The translations under genes and the position numbers were made by a program. The notes beneath the pieces were generated by a model. That model made no database searches. It saw only the letters and a list, made by a program, of their open reading frames with translations, and had not been told where the DNA came from. Below, one piece after another: positions 56,107-64,000 of a stretch of 64,000 nt of DNA (the first letter of the stretch is position 1; every line of letters begins with the position of its first letter). The stretch spans positions 1,514,607-1,578,606 of the forward strand of contig CAWEUJ010000004.1 in NCBI GenBank assembly GCA_963812205.1, written 5' to 3'. Source of the DNA: an uncultured Actinomycetes bacterium. Lineage in GTDB: Bacteria > Actinomycetota > Acidimicrobiia > IMCC26256 > PALSA-610.

Positions 56107-56606
56107 CACGCCACTCGCGCGCGGCGCCGGCGGGTGATCGTGAGCCCGACGCCGAACAGCAACAGGATCCCGGCGACCGGGAGACCGATCGTCCACACCG
56201 ACTCGGACAGCGCCGGCGGCGGACCCGCGACGCCGGTGCCGGTCACCGAGATCGCCTGCGTGGTACCGGCGTTCACGCCGGTGAGGACGAGCAGGATCGA
56301 AGCCGTCTTCGCTCCGGCCGAGGTCGGCGTGAACGTCACCGTGACCGGACAGTTGTCGCCGTTGAAGCAGGTAGCGAGCGACGCCGTGAACGAGAATTCC
56401 GGGTCGGTGGTCGCGATGCTCGACACGCCCTGGAAAACGAACGGCGAGAACGTGAACGTTTGTGGCGCACTCGTCGTGCCCACGGTCTGGGTGCCGAACG
56501 CCAGCGACGTGGGCGACACCGAGAGCGCGCCTGCGGGCGCGGACATGACGACGGCCGCGATCGCGGCAATCATGACGGCGAGGACGAATCTCGGGCAGTG
56601 CTTCAT
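56106..56606 (-). CDS. Secreted protein, choice-of-anchor-D-like Ig domain, PEP-CTERM-like tail (substrate 1)
   Basis: GGAGGAG lies 7 nt upstream of the ATG at 56606. Signal ..MSAPAGA. SPTSLAFGTQTVGTTS..CFNGDNCPVTVTFTPTSAG. Tail GPPPALSESVWTIGLPVAGILLLFGVGLTITRRRRARVA. Confidence 0.7.
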   Translation of the reverse strand: MKHCPRFVLAVMIAAIAAVVMSAPAGALSVSPTSLAFGTQTVGTTSAPQTFTFSPFVFQGVSSIATTDPEFSFTASLATCFNGDNCPVTVTFTPTSAGAKTASILLVLTGVNAGTTQAISVTGTGVAGPPPALSESVWTIGLPVAGILLLFGVGLTITRRRRARVA

Positions 56607-56857
56607 GGATTGCTCCTCCATGTGGGGACGGTCTGATCGCCGGATACGAGAAGGGTGAGCTTCCGGCGCGCAAGCTCGAGGATCGTCGGGACGGTCTCGG
56701 GCTCGGTCCCGAGCGCGACGGCGACGACCCGGTTGGAGGCGCCCGCCTCGTGTAGCCGCAGTGCAACCGCGTAGGTCGACGGCAGCTCGTCGATCGCGTC
56801 GTCGCGTTTCACCGGCGCAACGTACGAAGACGGCGCGCTCGCGTCGTCAGTGGTCAC
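56603..56857 (-). CDS. Small HTH protein (sigma-70 region 4 / LuxR-like)
   Basis: 84 aa, ..LPSTYAVALRLHEAGASNRVVAVALGTEPETVPTILELARRKL. ATGA overlap with substrate 1. Confidence 0.5.
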   Translation of the reverse strand: MTTDDASAPSSYVAPVKRDDAIDELPSTYAVALRLHEAGASNRVVAVALGTEPETVPTILELARRKLTLLVSGDQTVPTWRSNP

Positions 56858-56881
56858 TACGTACGCGCGGTTCGCGCGCGT

Positions 56882-59539
56882 CTACGTGGTCGGCGCCTCG
56901 ACGGGTTCCGCGAGCTCGCGTAGCTCTGCCCGGCCACCTTCGATGCCCAGTTTCGAGTACACGCGGTGCAGGTGGGTCTCGACCGTGCGTACCGAGAGGT
57001 TGAGGGCACGAGCGATCGACCGGTCGGATCCGCCGCGTGCCGCGAGGTCCGCGACCTCGCGTTCGCGGGCCGTCAGCTGCGCGAACGACCTGCGTATATC
57101 GAGGTCGACCACGTGATGCTCTGCTCGGGCCGCGAGCTCCCGCGCTCGGCGCGTGGCGGCGTCGGCCCGCGCCCGGAGTCCCGAGCCCGCGAGCATTTCG
57201 GCCGCGACCTCGGCGGCTTCGGCGGCCACGCGCCAGCAACCCAGCGCCGCCAATCCTTCGGAGGCGCCGAGCAGCGCGCTGCCGTCGCCGGAGTCGAGCG
57301 CGTGGACGTGCGCGGCGAGGGCCGTTGCGAGCCGCCCCGGGAAGCTGTCGAGCATCGGAGCGAGGCGTTCCCGAGCCTCCCGGGCCGCACCGAAGCATGC
57401 GGCGTCGTGCACGCTCAACAGCGCGGGAAGACGCTGTCCCCGGTCGAGCGCGCAGTCGGCGACCGCGAGAGCCGTCGCCGCGGCACGCGAGCGTTCGCCT
57501 CGGGTCCAGGCGATCCAGGCGTCCGCTCGTCCCCGATCGGCCTCGAACAACGCAGAGGTGGTCAACGCGCGAGCCTCGTCGACCGAAACCTGCGCGGCGT
57601 CGGCGTCGCCGGCCATGGCCTGGGCCTGCGCGAGCAACCCGAGGTTCCAGGCGATCAGGTCGGGTGCCCAACGAACCAGCGCTCGCGCTTCTTGCAGGGC
57701 GCCGACCGCTTCCGACGCCCGGCCGCGCAGCATCGCGACGCGACCAAGGCCTTGGCTGTATACGAAGCGGAGCGCGACGTCGGTCTCCCGGGCCACCTCC
57801 TCGCGCAACAATCGGAATCGATCCTCGGCCGCGTCGAGGTCGCCCTCGTACAGAGTGCCGAGCGCGACGCCGTACCTGAGCAGGTCGCGTACGGGGAACG
57901 CGTCCGCGCTACGTCCCGTCGTCTCGAATCCCACGGTGCAACGCTCGACGGCAACATCGAGCTGCGCCGCGAGCAGCCACGCGGCAACACCGACGACGAG
58001 CGCGCCGGCCTTCGTCTCGTCGCTCGATGTGGAGCTGTCGAGCACGAGCTCGACGAGCCGGCCGAGCTCGTCGACTTGGCCTTCTTGCATCAACGCCTGG
58101 AGCCGGATCGGCCACAGCTCCTCCACGGCCTTCGGGGAGACGATCCGGGCTTCGGCGTCGCGCAGGACTTCGAGCGCTCGCGCGGGGTCTCCGCGCAGCC
58201 ACAGGAGCGAGGTCGCGCGCGTCGACGCGATGGATGCGCGCGTGTGGTCGTCCGGCGGCTCTTGCGCCATCGCGACGAGCAGGTCGTCGGCCTCGTCGAG
58301 CCGGCCGAGGTTCGCCAGGATGTCGGCGAGCCGCAGGCGCGTCTCGATGCCCGCGCCGGCATCGACCGCGGCCGCTGCGAGCCGCCGCGCGAGGTCGAGG
58401 TCGTGAAGCTGCGCGTACTTGATGGCGCCGAGCAGTGCATCGGGATCTTCGAGCGCGCCCGCGTCGACGTGCCAGACGACGCGCCGCAACTCGGCGCCCG
58501 CGTCGTCGAGCGGCTTCGGGTGCGCGTCGGCGAGCTCGCGGGCGAACCGCGCGATCGTCGGCGGGGTGAGCTCGGCGCGCACGACCTCGCCGTACATCGG
58601 ATGCGCGATGCGCACGTAGCCGTCGGCGTCGATGTCGATCACGCCCGCCCGGAGCAGCCGTTCGAGCGGCTCGTGACCGCGCATCTCGACAACCGGCCCG
58701 CTCGCGAGCGGCTCGGCGAACGCGAGCAGCATGAGCAGATCGCGCGCGTCGTGGTCGATCGTCGACAAGCGGGCCGTCAGCATGTCGATGAGTGCGGGCG
58801 CGACGGAAAGGTTGCCCGTCCACGTCCATGTTCCGTGCAGGACGCCGAGAACGCCCTGGTCGAGCGCGCCTCGTAGCAGCTCGCGCAACATCAGCGGGTT
58901 GCCCTGCGCGAGAAACGACAGGCGGTGCACGACGGCCGGGTCGACGATGCCCGGCAACGAATGCGCGATGAGCTGAGCGCTCTCGGCCCTCGAAAGTTGC
59001 TGCAGCTCGACCCGCCGACAGAAGCCCTCCTTCCACAGCGCGATCACGGGGTCGGGACACGGCTGTCGTGACCTGACGGTCATGATCGCAACTCCGACGC
59101 CCTCGAGCACCATGCGATGCAGCAGTGCCGCCGAGGCGTCGTCGAGCAGGTGGGCGTCGTCGACGAGCAGAATCACCGGGCCGCGGCCCGCCCGTTCCGA
59201 GCGGACGCTCTCGACGATCGCGTTCACCGTCTGCACGTCAGGGCCACCGCCTGCGGGAACGAGCACGCCGAACGCGCCGAGCGGGATCGACGCGGCGCTG
59301 CGCGTCGCGACGACGCGCACCAGCGGGGTGTCGGCGCCGGCGCGCTCGACGGAGAGCTCCGACGCGAGCCGGGTCTTACCGACACCCGAGACGCCGGCGA
59401 TGACGATGCCGTGGCCCGAGGCAAAGAGATCGCGGGCGAGGCCGATCTCCGCCTCCCGCCCGACCATGGGCCATCCGTCGCACGATGCCTGCCGCCCGGC
59501 GCCGAAACCCGTCCGGTCGCGATCCGCCCCCACGCGCAC
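56882..59539 (-). CDS. LAL-type regulator (AAA ATPase + TPR-like repeats + C-terminal LuxR HTH)
   Basis: Walker A GVSGVGKT, Walker B LLVDDAHLLD, a long helical repeat region, and C-terminal LTAREREVADLAARGGSDRSIARALNLSVRTVETHLHRVYSKLG. An alternative start lies at 59467. Confidence 0.85.
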   Translation of the reverse strand: MRVGADRDRTGFGAGRQASCDGWPMVGREAEIGLARDLFASGHGIVIAGVSGVGKTRLASELSVERAGADTPLVRVVATRSAASIPLGAFGVLVPAGGGPDVQTVNAIVESVRSERAGRGPVILLVDDAHLLDDASAALLHRMVLEGVGVAIMTVRSRQPCPDPVIALWKEGFCRRVELQQLSRAESAQLIAHSLPGIVDPAVVHRLSFLAQGNPLMLRELLRGALDQGVLGVLHGTWTWTGNLSVAPALIDMLTARLSTIDHDARDLLMLLAFAEPLASGPVVEMRGHEPLERLLRAGVIDIDADGYVRIAHPMYGEVVRAELTPPTIARFARELADAHPKPLDDAGAELRRVVWHVDAGALEDPDALLGAIKYAQLHDLDLARRLAAAAVDAGAGIETRLRLADILANLGRLDEADDLLVAMAQEPPDDHTRASIASTRATSLLWLRGDPARALEVLRDAEARIVSPKAVEELWPIRLQALMQEGQVDELGRLVELVLDSSTSSDETKAGALVVGVAAWLLAAQLDVAVERCTVGFETTGRSADAFPVRDLLRYGVALGTLYEGDLDAAEDRFRLLREEVARETDVALRFVYSQGLGRVAMLRGRASEAVGALQEARALVRWAPDLIAWNLGLLAQAQAMAGDADAAQVSVDEARALTTSALFEADRGRADAWIAWTRGERSRAAATALAVADCALDRGQRLPALLSVHDAACFGAAREARERLAPMLDSFPGRLATALAAHVHALDSGDGSALLGASEGLAALGCWRVAAEAAEVAAEMLAGSGLRARADAATRRARELAARAEHHVVDLDIRRSFAQLTAREREVADLAARGGSDRSIARALNLSVRTVETHLHRVYSKLGIEGGRAELRELAEPVEAPTT

Positions 59540-59781
59540 AATCGTAAATCTGAGTCGGCGGTGACGGAAAGTGCTGATCGAACCGCGAACTGCGTCTCAC
59601 CAGCCACTCGGGACGACTCGAGCAACCCGTCGCCCAACCCGTCGCCGCCGGAAGCCGCGGCATCTCGCGCCGCGCGTCTTCACAAGTTCTTGCCTCACCG
59701 CCAGGTCGCTACGACGTCCGGTCGCGATCGTGACGAGGTCCCAAACGGTTTGGGATGCGAGTCGAACGAAGGAAATCAGCC

Positions 59782-60201
59782 ATGAAAACCCCCCAGAAAG
59801 GCCTTCTGGCCGCTTCGGTCATCGGTGCGATGGCAGCGGGAGGATTCTTCGGAGCCACCGTGCTCGCTCCCGGCATCAGCGGAGCCGCCACGAGCAGCAC
59901 TCCCGCGGCGTCCTCCTCGATGCCGCACCCGAGCGGTGACCCGACGAGGCCCGCGTTCGATCCGACGAAGGGCGGCCACGTCGCGAACGGTGTCACCGAG
60001 ACGTTGCTCACGGGCGAGACCGCGACGAAGGTCAAGGCTGCGGCAACGGCGGCCGTGCCGGGCGGGACGATCCAACGCGTCGAGAACGACGCCGAGGGCT
60101 CGCCTTACGAAGCGCACATGACCAAGGCCGATGGTTCGCAGGTGACTGTGAAGGTCGACGCCGGCTTCAAGGTAACGAGCGTCGAGTCAGGACCGCGATG
60201 A
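59782..60201 (+). CDS. Secreted PepSY-domain protein
   Basis: Signal peptide MKTPQKGLLAASVIGAMAAGGFFGA. C-terminal ..GGTIQRVENDAEGSPYEAHMTKADGSQVTVKVDAGFKV. Confidence 0.6.
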   Translation: MKTPQKGLLAASVIGAMAAGGFFGATVLAPGISGAATSSTPAASSSMPHPSGDPTRPAFDPTKGGHVANGVTETLLTGETATKVKAAATAAVPGGTIQRVENDAEGSPYEAHMTKADGSQVTVKVDAGFKVTSVESGPR

Positions 60202-60438
60202 GCTGAGGTCGCGAGGCCGGGCCACGCCTCCCCGCTCCGCCCGGCTCGGCCTCGCGATCTCTCTCGGCCTGCAGGTGCCGTTGGTGACGGTCACACCTCG
60301 TTCGTACGGTCCCGGCGTGGACGATCCCGGCTCGAGGACATCACCGACGGCGGATCGGGTATAGGACGTAGGTGATCCACGACGCCGTGGCCGAGTCCGC
60401 GTCCAGTGCGTCCGGGTCGAGAACATCGGGAGGAAGTC

Positions 60439-60660
60439 ATGGCTGGCCGCGGAAGCGCACCGGGTCCTGAGGAACAGCGAGAGATGTCGAGAGAAGACGA
60501 GCGTGCCGCTCGCGACGACCTGCGCGAGCGCGTCGACGTGGAGGCCGACGAAGAGGACGACGGTGAGCTGACGAACGACGAGATGTTGGAGCTCGATCAG
60601 ACGGAGCTCGAAGAGCTGGGCCTCACGCTCGACGATCCGCATCAACCCGACGCGGATTAG
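60439..60660 (+). CDS. Small highly acidic hypothetical protein
   Basis: 73 aa, rich in D/E (..VDVEADEEDDGELTNDEMLELDQTELEELGLTLDD). Confidence 0.35.
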   Translation: MAGRGSAPGPEEQREMSREDERAARDDLRERVDVEADEEDDGELTNDEMLELDQTELEELGLTLDDPHQPDAD

Positions 60661-60706
60661 TTAGCCCTTCGTCGAAGCCGTCCCTCGCCGTCGATAGGTT
60701 GCGGGG

Positions 60707-62699
60707 GTGGTTCTGCCCTCCGACCCGCAGCTCTCGTGGCGAGCCGATCCGCTGCAGCTGCTCGATGCGGTCGTCGCCGGGATGGAAGGCGAACGACGCG
60801 GCGGACAGCGGATGCTCGACCACGGCAATCGCCGACGCGATTTGCGCGGGTCACCACCTGCTTGCCGAGGCCCCGACCGGATCGGGCAAGAGCCTCGCGT
60901 ACCTCGTGCCCGCCGTTGCTTCGGGGCTGAAGATCGTCGTCGCGACCTCGACGATTGCGCTGCAGGGACAGCTCGTCGGCAAAGACCTCCCGGCGCTGCG
61001 CGAGCACGTCTCGCTCCCGTTCACGTTCGCACTGCTGAAGGGGCGTTCGAACTATCTCTGCCGCGCGAAGCTGCGCGTCGCCGACGCGCCCGATGCGCTG
61101 TTCGAGCAACCCGTCGGCGCGGCGTTCCCGCGCCAGCTGGAAGAACTGCGGGCGTTCGCCGACGGTTCCGGCACGGGAGACCGGACCGAGCTCGACGACG
61201 ACATCTCGCACGCGGCATGGGCCGCCGTCAGTTGCCGGAGCATCGAATGCCCGGGCAAGGCTGATTGCGCCGACGGCGCCGAGTGTTTTGCCGAACAAGC
61301 CCGCGATCGCGCGCAGGATGCATCGATCCTGGTGGTCAACCACGCGCTCTACTGCGCGCATCTGGCGGCCGGCGGGCATGTGCTTCCCGACCACGACGTG
61401 GTCGTTCTCGACGAAGCCCACTCGTTCGCGGACAACGCGACGAACGCCTTTGCCGGCGAGTTCGCGGCCGACGGCCTCGGCCGGCTCGCGGGGATGCTCG
61501 GGCGCGCCGGAGTCGCGACCACCACGGTCAACGAGCTCTCGCAGGCGGCGCGCACGCTCGCGACGATGATCGAAGATCGTGACGGCGCGATCGACATCGC
61601 CGGCGACGAACGGCTCGGCGCCGCGCTGTTGGTCGCGGCGGAGCGGCTCGCCGCCGCCAACACCAAGCTCGTGAAGGCCGACGAGTTCGCGAAGCGCACC
61701 GCGAAGCTCGCGGTCGGTCGGCTCGAGGTGTTGCGGCGGCTCGCCGCTCCTCACGACGACGACGTGGTGTGGGTCGACGCCGTCGGTCGGAACCGGCGGC
61801 TCCGGATCGCACCGGTCGAGCCCGGCGGTATGATCGGCGCCCGCTTGCTCGAGGTGCGCCCGGTCATCGCGGTGTCCGCGACGCTCGGCGGCGAACCGCC
61901 GTTCGCGGCGGTCGCCACGCAGCTCGGACTGCAACCGTCGTCGTCGCTCGGTGCGTGGGCCGGGCGCGACGAGCAAGGCCGGCTCCTGGCGAACGCGGGC
62001 CGCGGCTACGTGCCGCTGACGACGCCGTCGTCGTTCGACTGGAAGGAGCAGGCCGTTCTCTACGTCGGGCGCGACCTGCCCGATCCCGGGCGCGCCCGCT
62101 CCGAGTGGCTGGCCCAGTCGAGTGATCGGCTGTGTCAGCTCGTGAATGCAGCCGGCGGCCGGGCGCTGGTGCTGTGCACGTCGAAGGCGAACGTCGCGCA
62201 CTACGCCGACGTTCTGCGCACCCGCACGACGCACACCGTGCTCGCGCAGGGCGAGACCGACACCGCACGACTCACGCGTTCGTTCCTCGACGACGAGACT
62301 TCGGTGCTCGTCGGCACGCGATCGTTCTGGGCCGGTATCGACGCCGCGGGGGTCGCGTGCGTCCTCGTGGTCATCGACAAGATCCCGTTCCCCGTGCCGG
62401 ACGATCCGATGCACGCGGCGCGGCGCCGCCTCGCCGAAGCGCGCGACCTGAATCCGTTCGTCACCGTCGACCTTCCGGCGGCGGCACTGGTGCTCGCGCA
62501 GGGCGCGGGCCGACTGATCCGCCGCCGGACCGACCGCGGTGTGGTCGCCGTGTTCGACTCACGGCTCGCGCGCAGTCAGTACAAACACCATCTCCTGGCG
62601 GCAATGCCCGCGTTCCGCCGGAGTATCGATCTCGCGCAGACGTGCGAGTTCCTCGCGCAAGCTGCCTCTTCGGTTCCGGCGAAGCCCGCGCCGAGTTGA
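60707..62699 (+). pseudogene. dinG: DinG/Rad3-family ATP-dependent DNA helicase, frameshift near 60818
   Basis: The N-terminus VVLPSDPQLSWRADPLQLLDAVVAGMEGERRGGQRMLD is in one frame, then AIADAICAGHHLLAEAPTGSGKSLAYLVPA (Walker A) in the next. DEAH box (VVLDEAHSF), a 4-Cys cluster region, and C-terminal helicase motifs. Confidence 0.8.
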
Positions 62700-62771
62700 C
62701 GCGCAGACGCGCAGACCGTGGCGGCCCGGAGAGGCGGTGACCGGCGATCAATGACCCGCCGCCGGTCCGAC

Positions 62772-63539
62772 TCACCCGTCGCTGTCGCTGTCGCCGGCGT
62801 CGCGGGTCGCGGTTGCGGTTGCGGTTGCGGTCTCGGTCGCGACCCGGGGATCGGGCTCGGGCGCGCCGTGCTCGTCGAGACGCAGGAGCCCCGCGTCGAG
62901 CGCGAACCGTACGAGTTGCGCGCGGGTGTGCCGGTCGAGCTTTTGGTGGATGTGCGCGCGGTGGGTCTCGATCGTTCGGAGGCTCGCGCCGAGGAGTTGC
63001 GCGATCTCGGTGTTGGTGTGGCCGAGCGCGAGGAGTCGCAGGACCTCGGTCTCCTTCGGGGTCAGTCCGCCGGTCGTGGGCTCCGCCGATTCCTCCGGCG
63101 GACTGGACGCGAACGCGATTCCGATGGAGGGCTGGAGGTACACGCCGCCGTCCGCGACCGTGCGGATACCGGCGAAGAGGTCGGGTGTCGCCGCCGACTT
63201 CAAGACGTATCCGTTGGCGCCCGCCGCGAGCGCCCGGCGGATCGTCGCGAGGTCGTCGATCCCCGTCAGCGCCACGATCGCCGAAGCGGGGAAGCGCTCG
63301 CGGAGCCGCGTGATGACCTGGTCGTGGAATGCGTCGGAGAGCACGAGGTCGGTGATCACCACGTGCGGCTCGATATCGAGCTGCGTCGCGGTGCGCACGT
63401 TCGTGGCTTGACCGACGACCGCGAGGTCGGGCTCCTGATCGATCAGCGCCCGCAACCCCTCGCGAAAGATCGTCTGATCATCGACGAGCGCGAGCCGAAC
63501 GACGTGATCTCCTTCGACCGGAGCTCCTGAGTGCGTCAA
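62772..63539 (-). CDS. NarL/FixJ-type response regulator (REC + LuxR HTH) with repetitive C-terminal tail
   Basis: VRLALVDDQ..VITDLVLSD..GANGYVLK (REC). LTPKETEVLRLLALGHTNTEIAQLLGASLRTIETHRAHIHQKL (HTH). TTG start at 63539 with AAGGAG 7 nt upstream. Tail ETATATATATRDAGDSDSDG. Confidence 0.8.
   Translation of the reverse strand: MTHSGAPVEGDHVVRLALVDDQTIFREGLRALIDQEPDLAVVGQATNVRTATQLDIEPHVVITDLVLSDAFHDQVITRLRERFPASAIVALTGIDDLATIRRALAAGANGYVLKSAATPDLFAGIRTVADGGVYLQPSIGIAFASSPPEESAEPTTGGLTPKETEVLRLLALGHTNTEIAQLLGASLRTIETHRAHIHQKLDRHTRAQLVRFALDAGLLRLDEHGAPEPDPRVATETATATATATRDAGDSDSDG
62809..62832. repeat. (GCGGTT)3 + GCGGTC hexanucleotide repeat (encodes TATATATA on the minus strand); adjacent (GTCGCT)2 + GTCGCC at 62778-62795 encodes SDSDSD-like tail
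   Basis: Direct reading. Confidence 0.9.
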
Positions 63540-63578
63540 TGTCGTTCTCCTTGCCGCCCGGCAACGAGAACGACATTG
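63537..63578 (-). promoter_or_regulatory. Near-perfect 42-nt hairpin that contains the SD and TTG start of the response-regulator gene
   Basis: 13-bp perfect arms CAATGTCGTTCTC / GAGAACGACATTG. The spacer GUUGCCGGGCGGCAAG adds 5 more base pairs around a GGGC loop. Confidence 0.6.
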
Positions 63579-64000
63579 TTCCACCTCCGCAACCACCCGG
63601 ATGCCCGAATCAGGCGGGATCTCCGCACTTCGACGGACGAGGACCTGACTCCCCGGGCAGACCTCGGGCCGAGAACCGTGTTCTCCCCAGTTCGGCCGCC
63701 GGTCGTCCATGACCGTTCGAGCCTCGGACGTCGCCTACAATGTCGGGTAACGGCTGTTCCGTCGATGCCATGTCGACATTCCGCTGACGCGGAGGGGCCG
63801 GGTTTCCAGCGCTCGGTCCGCCTCGAGGCGCCACCGGGACCAGAACGGCTTTCGGGCCCGCATTCTTCGAGGGACACACGTCGTGCCCTCCTTCATACCC
63901 AGCGGAGATCTGTGACAGGAACGCCGACGTCGACGCCACTCGCGCCATGGCAGTTCGACATGTACGTCGACGCCGAGATCGACGGCGAGGCCACGCCCGA

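Noticed and set aside
55043-56766. The long ORFs 55043..56086 (347 aa) and 55576..56766 (396 aa) taken as single large proteins.
   Set aside because: Their N-terminal halves are Arg/Gly/Pro-rich readings that overlap the neighbouring genes out of frame. Internal starts with good RBSs and signal peptides (GTG 55579, ATG 56106) give four similar-sized secreted proteins with stop/start coupling.

Overview
High-GC (about 70%) chromosomal segment of an actinobacterial-type organism, judged from a WhiB-family gene, GAF-ANTAR and LAL/LuxR regulators, and GTG/TTG starts with 4-nt stop/start overlaps. Layout: (i) 1-8.0 kb holds core metabolism: acyl-CoA ligase tail, SDR, MaoC hydratase, ROK kinase, aconitase, Gfo/Idh/MocA oxidoreductase and a PAP2 phosphatase. 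(ii) 8.0-8.8 kb is an ORF-poor, hairpin-rich region of unknown nature. (iii) tRNA-Arg(CCU) lies at 9597-9669 (-). It is followed by a ~15.3 kb accessory block, 9670-24929, bounded by a 42-bp direct repeat of the tRNA 5' half. Its cargo is sulfane-sulfur, metal and oxidative-stress genes: two MBL-fold enzymes, two DsrE-like proteins, an ArsR-rhodanese, an ArsM-like methyltransferase, a His-tailed EamA transporter, an MFS, VOC, a Trx-like protein and OsmC, plus a decayed IS110 transposase. (iv) 25-31 kb holds an AbiEi/AbiEii-like toxin-antitoxin pair with unusual extras, small membrane proteins, and a TetR gene divergent from an unknown gene. (v) 32-45.5 kb is a cell-envelope glycan cluster: CelD-like GNAT, archease-like protein, three GT2 domains, a Wzx-kinase fusion, a large polytopic protein, two GH16 lipoproteins, a CE4 deacetylase and a beta-propeller lipoprotein. 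(vi) 45.6-49.6 kb holds WhiB, an ABC-2 exporter and GAF-ANTAR. (vii) 49.7-59.5 kb is the most interesting locus, a tightly coupled minus-strand operon. It runs LAL regulator, mini-HTH, four tandem secreted proteins with a PEP-CTERM-like tail (PPPxVPE[AV]PY + TM + RRRR), exosortase-EpsI fusion, processive GT2, GT-C-like membrane protein. This is an exosortase sorting system in a WhiB-encoding, actinobacterial-type genome. (viii) 59.7-64 kb holds a PepSY protein, DinG helicase and a NarL-type response regulator. At least 19 frameshifts interrupt otherwise well-conserved genes, so either the assembly carries indel errors or many genes are decaying. All functional calls rest on motif recognition by eye, because no database search could be run.
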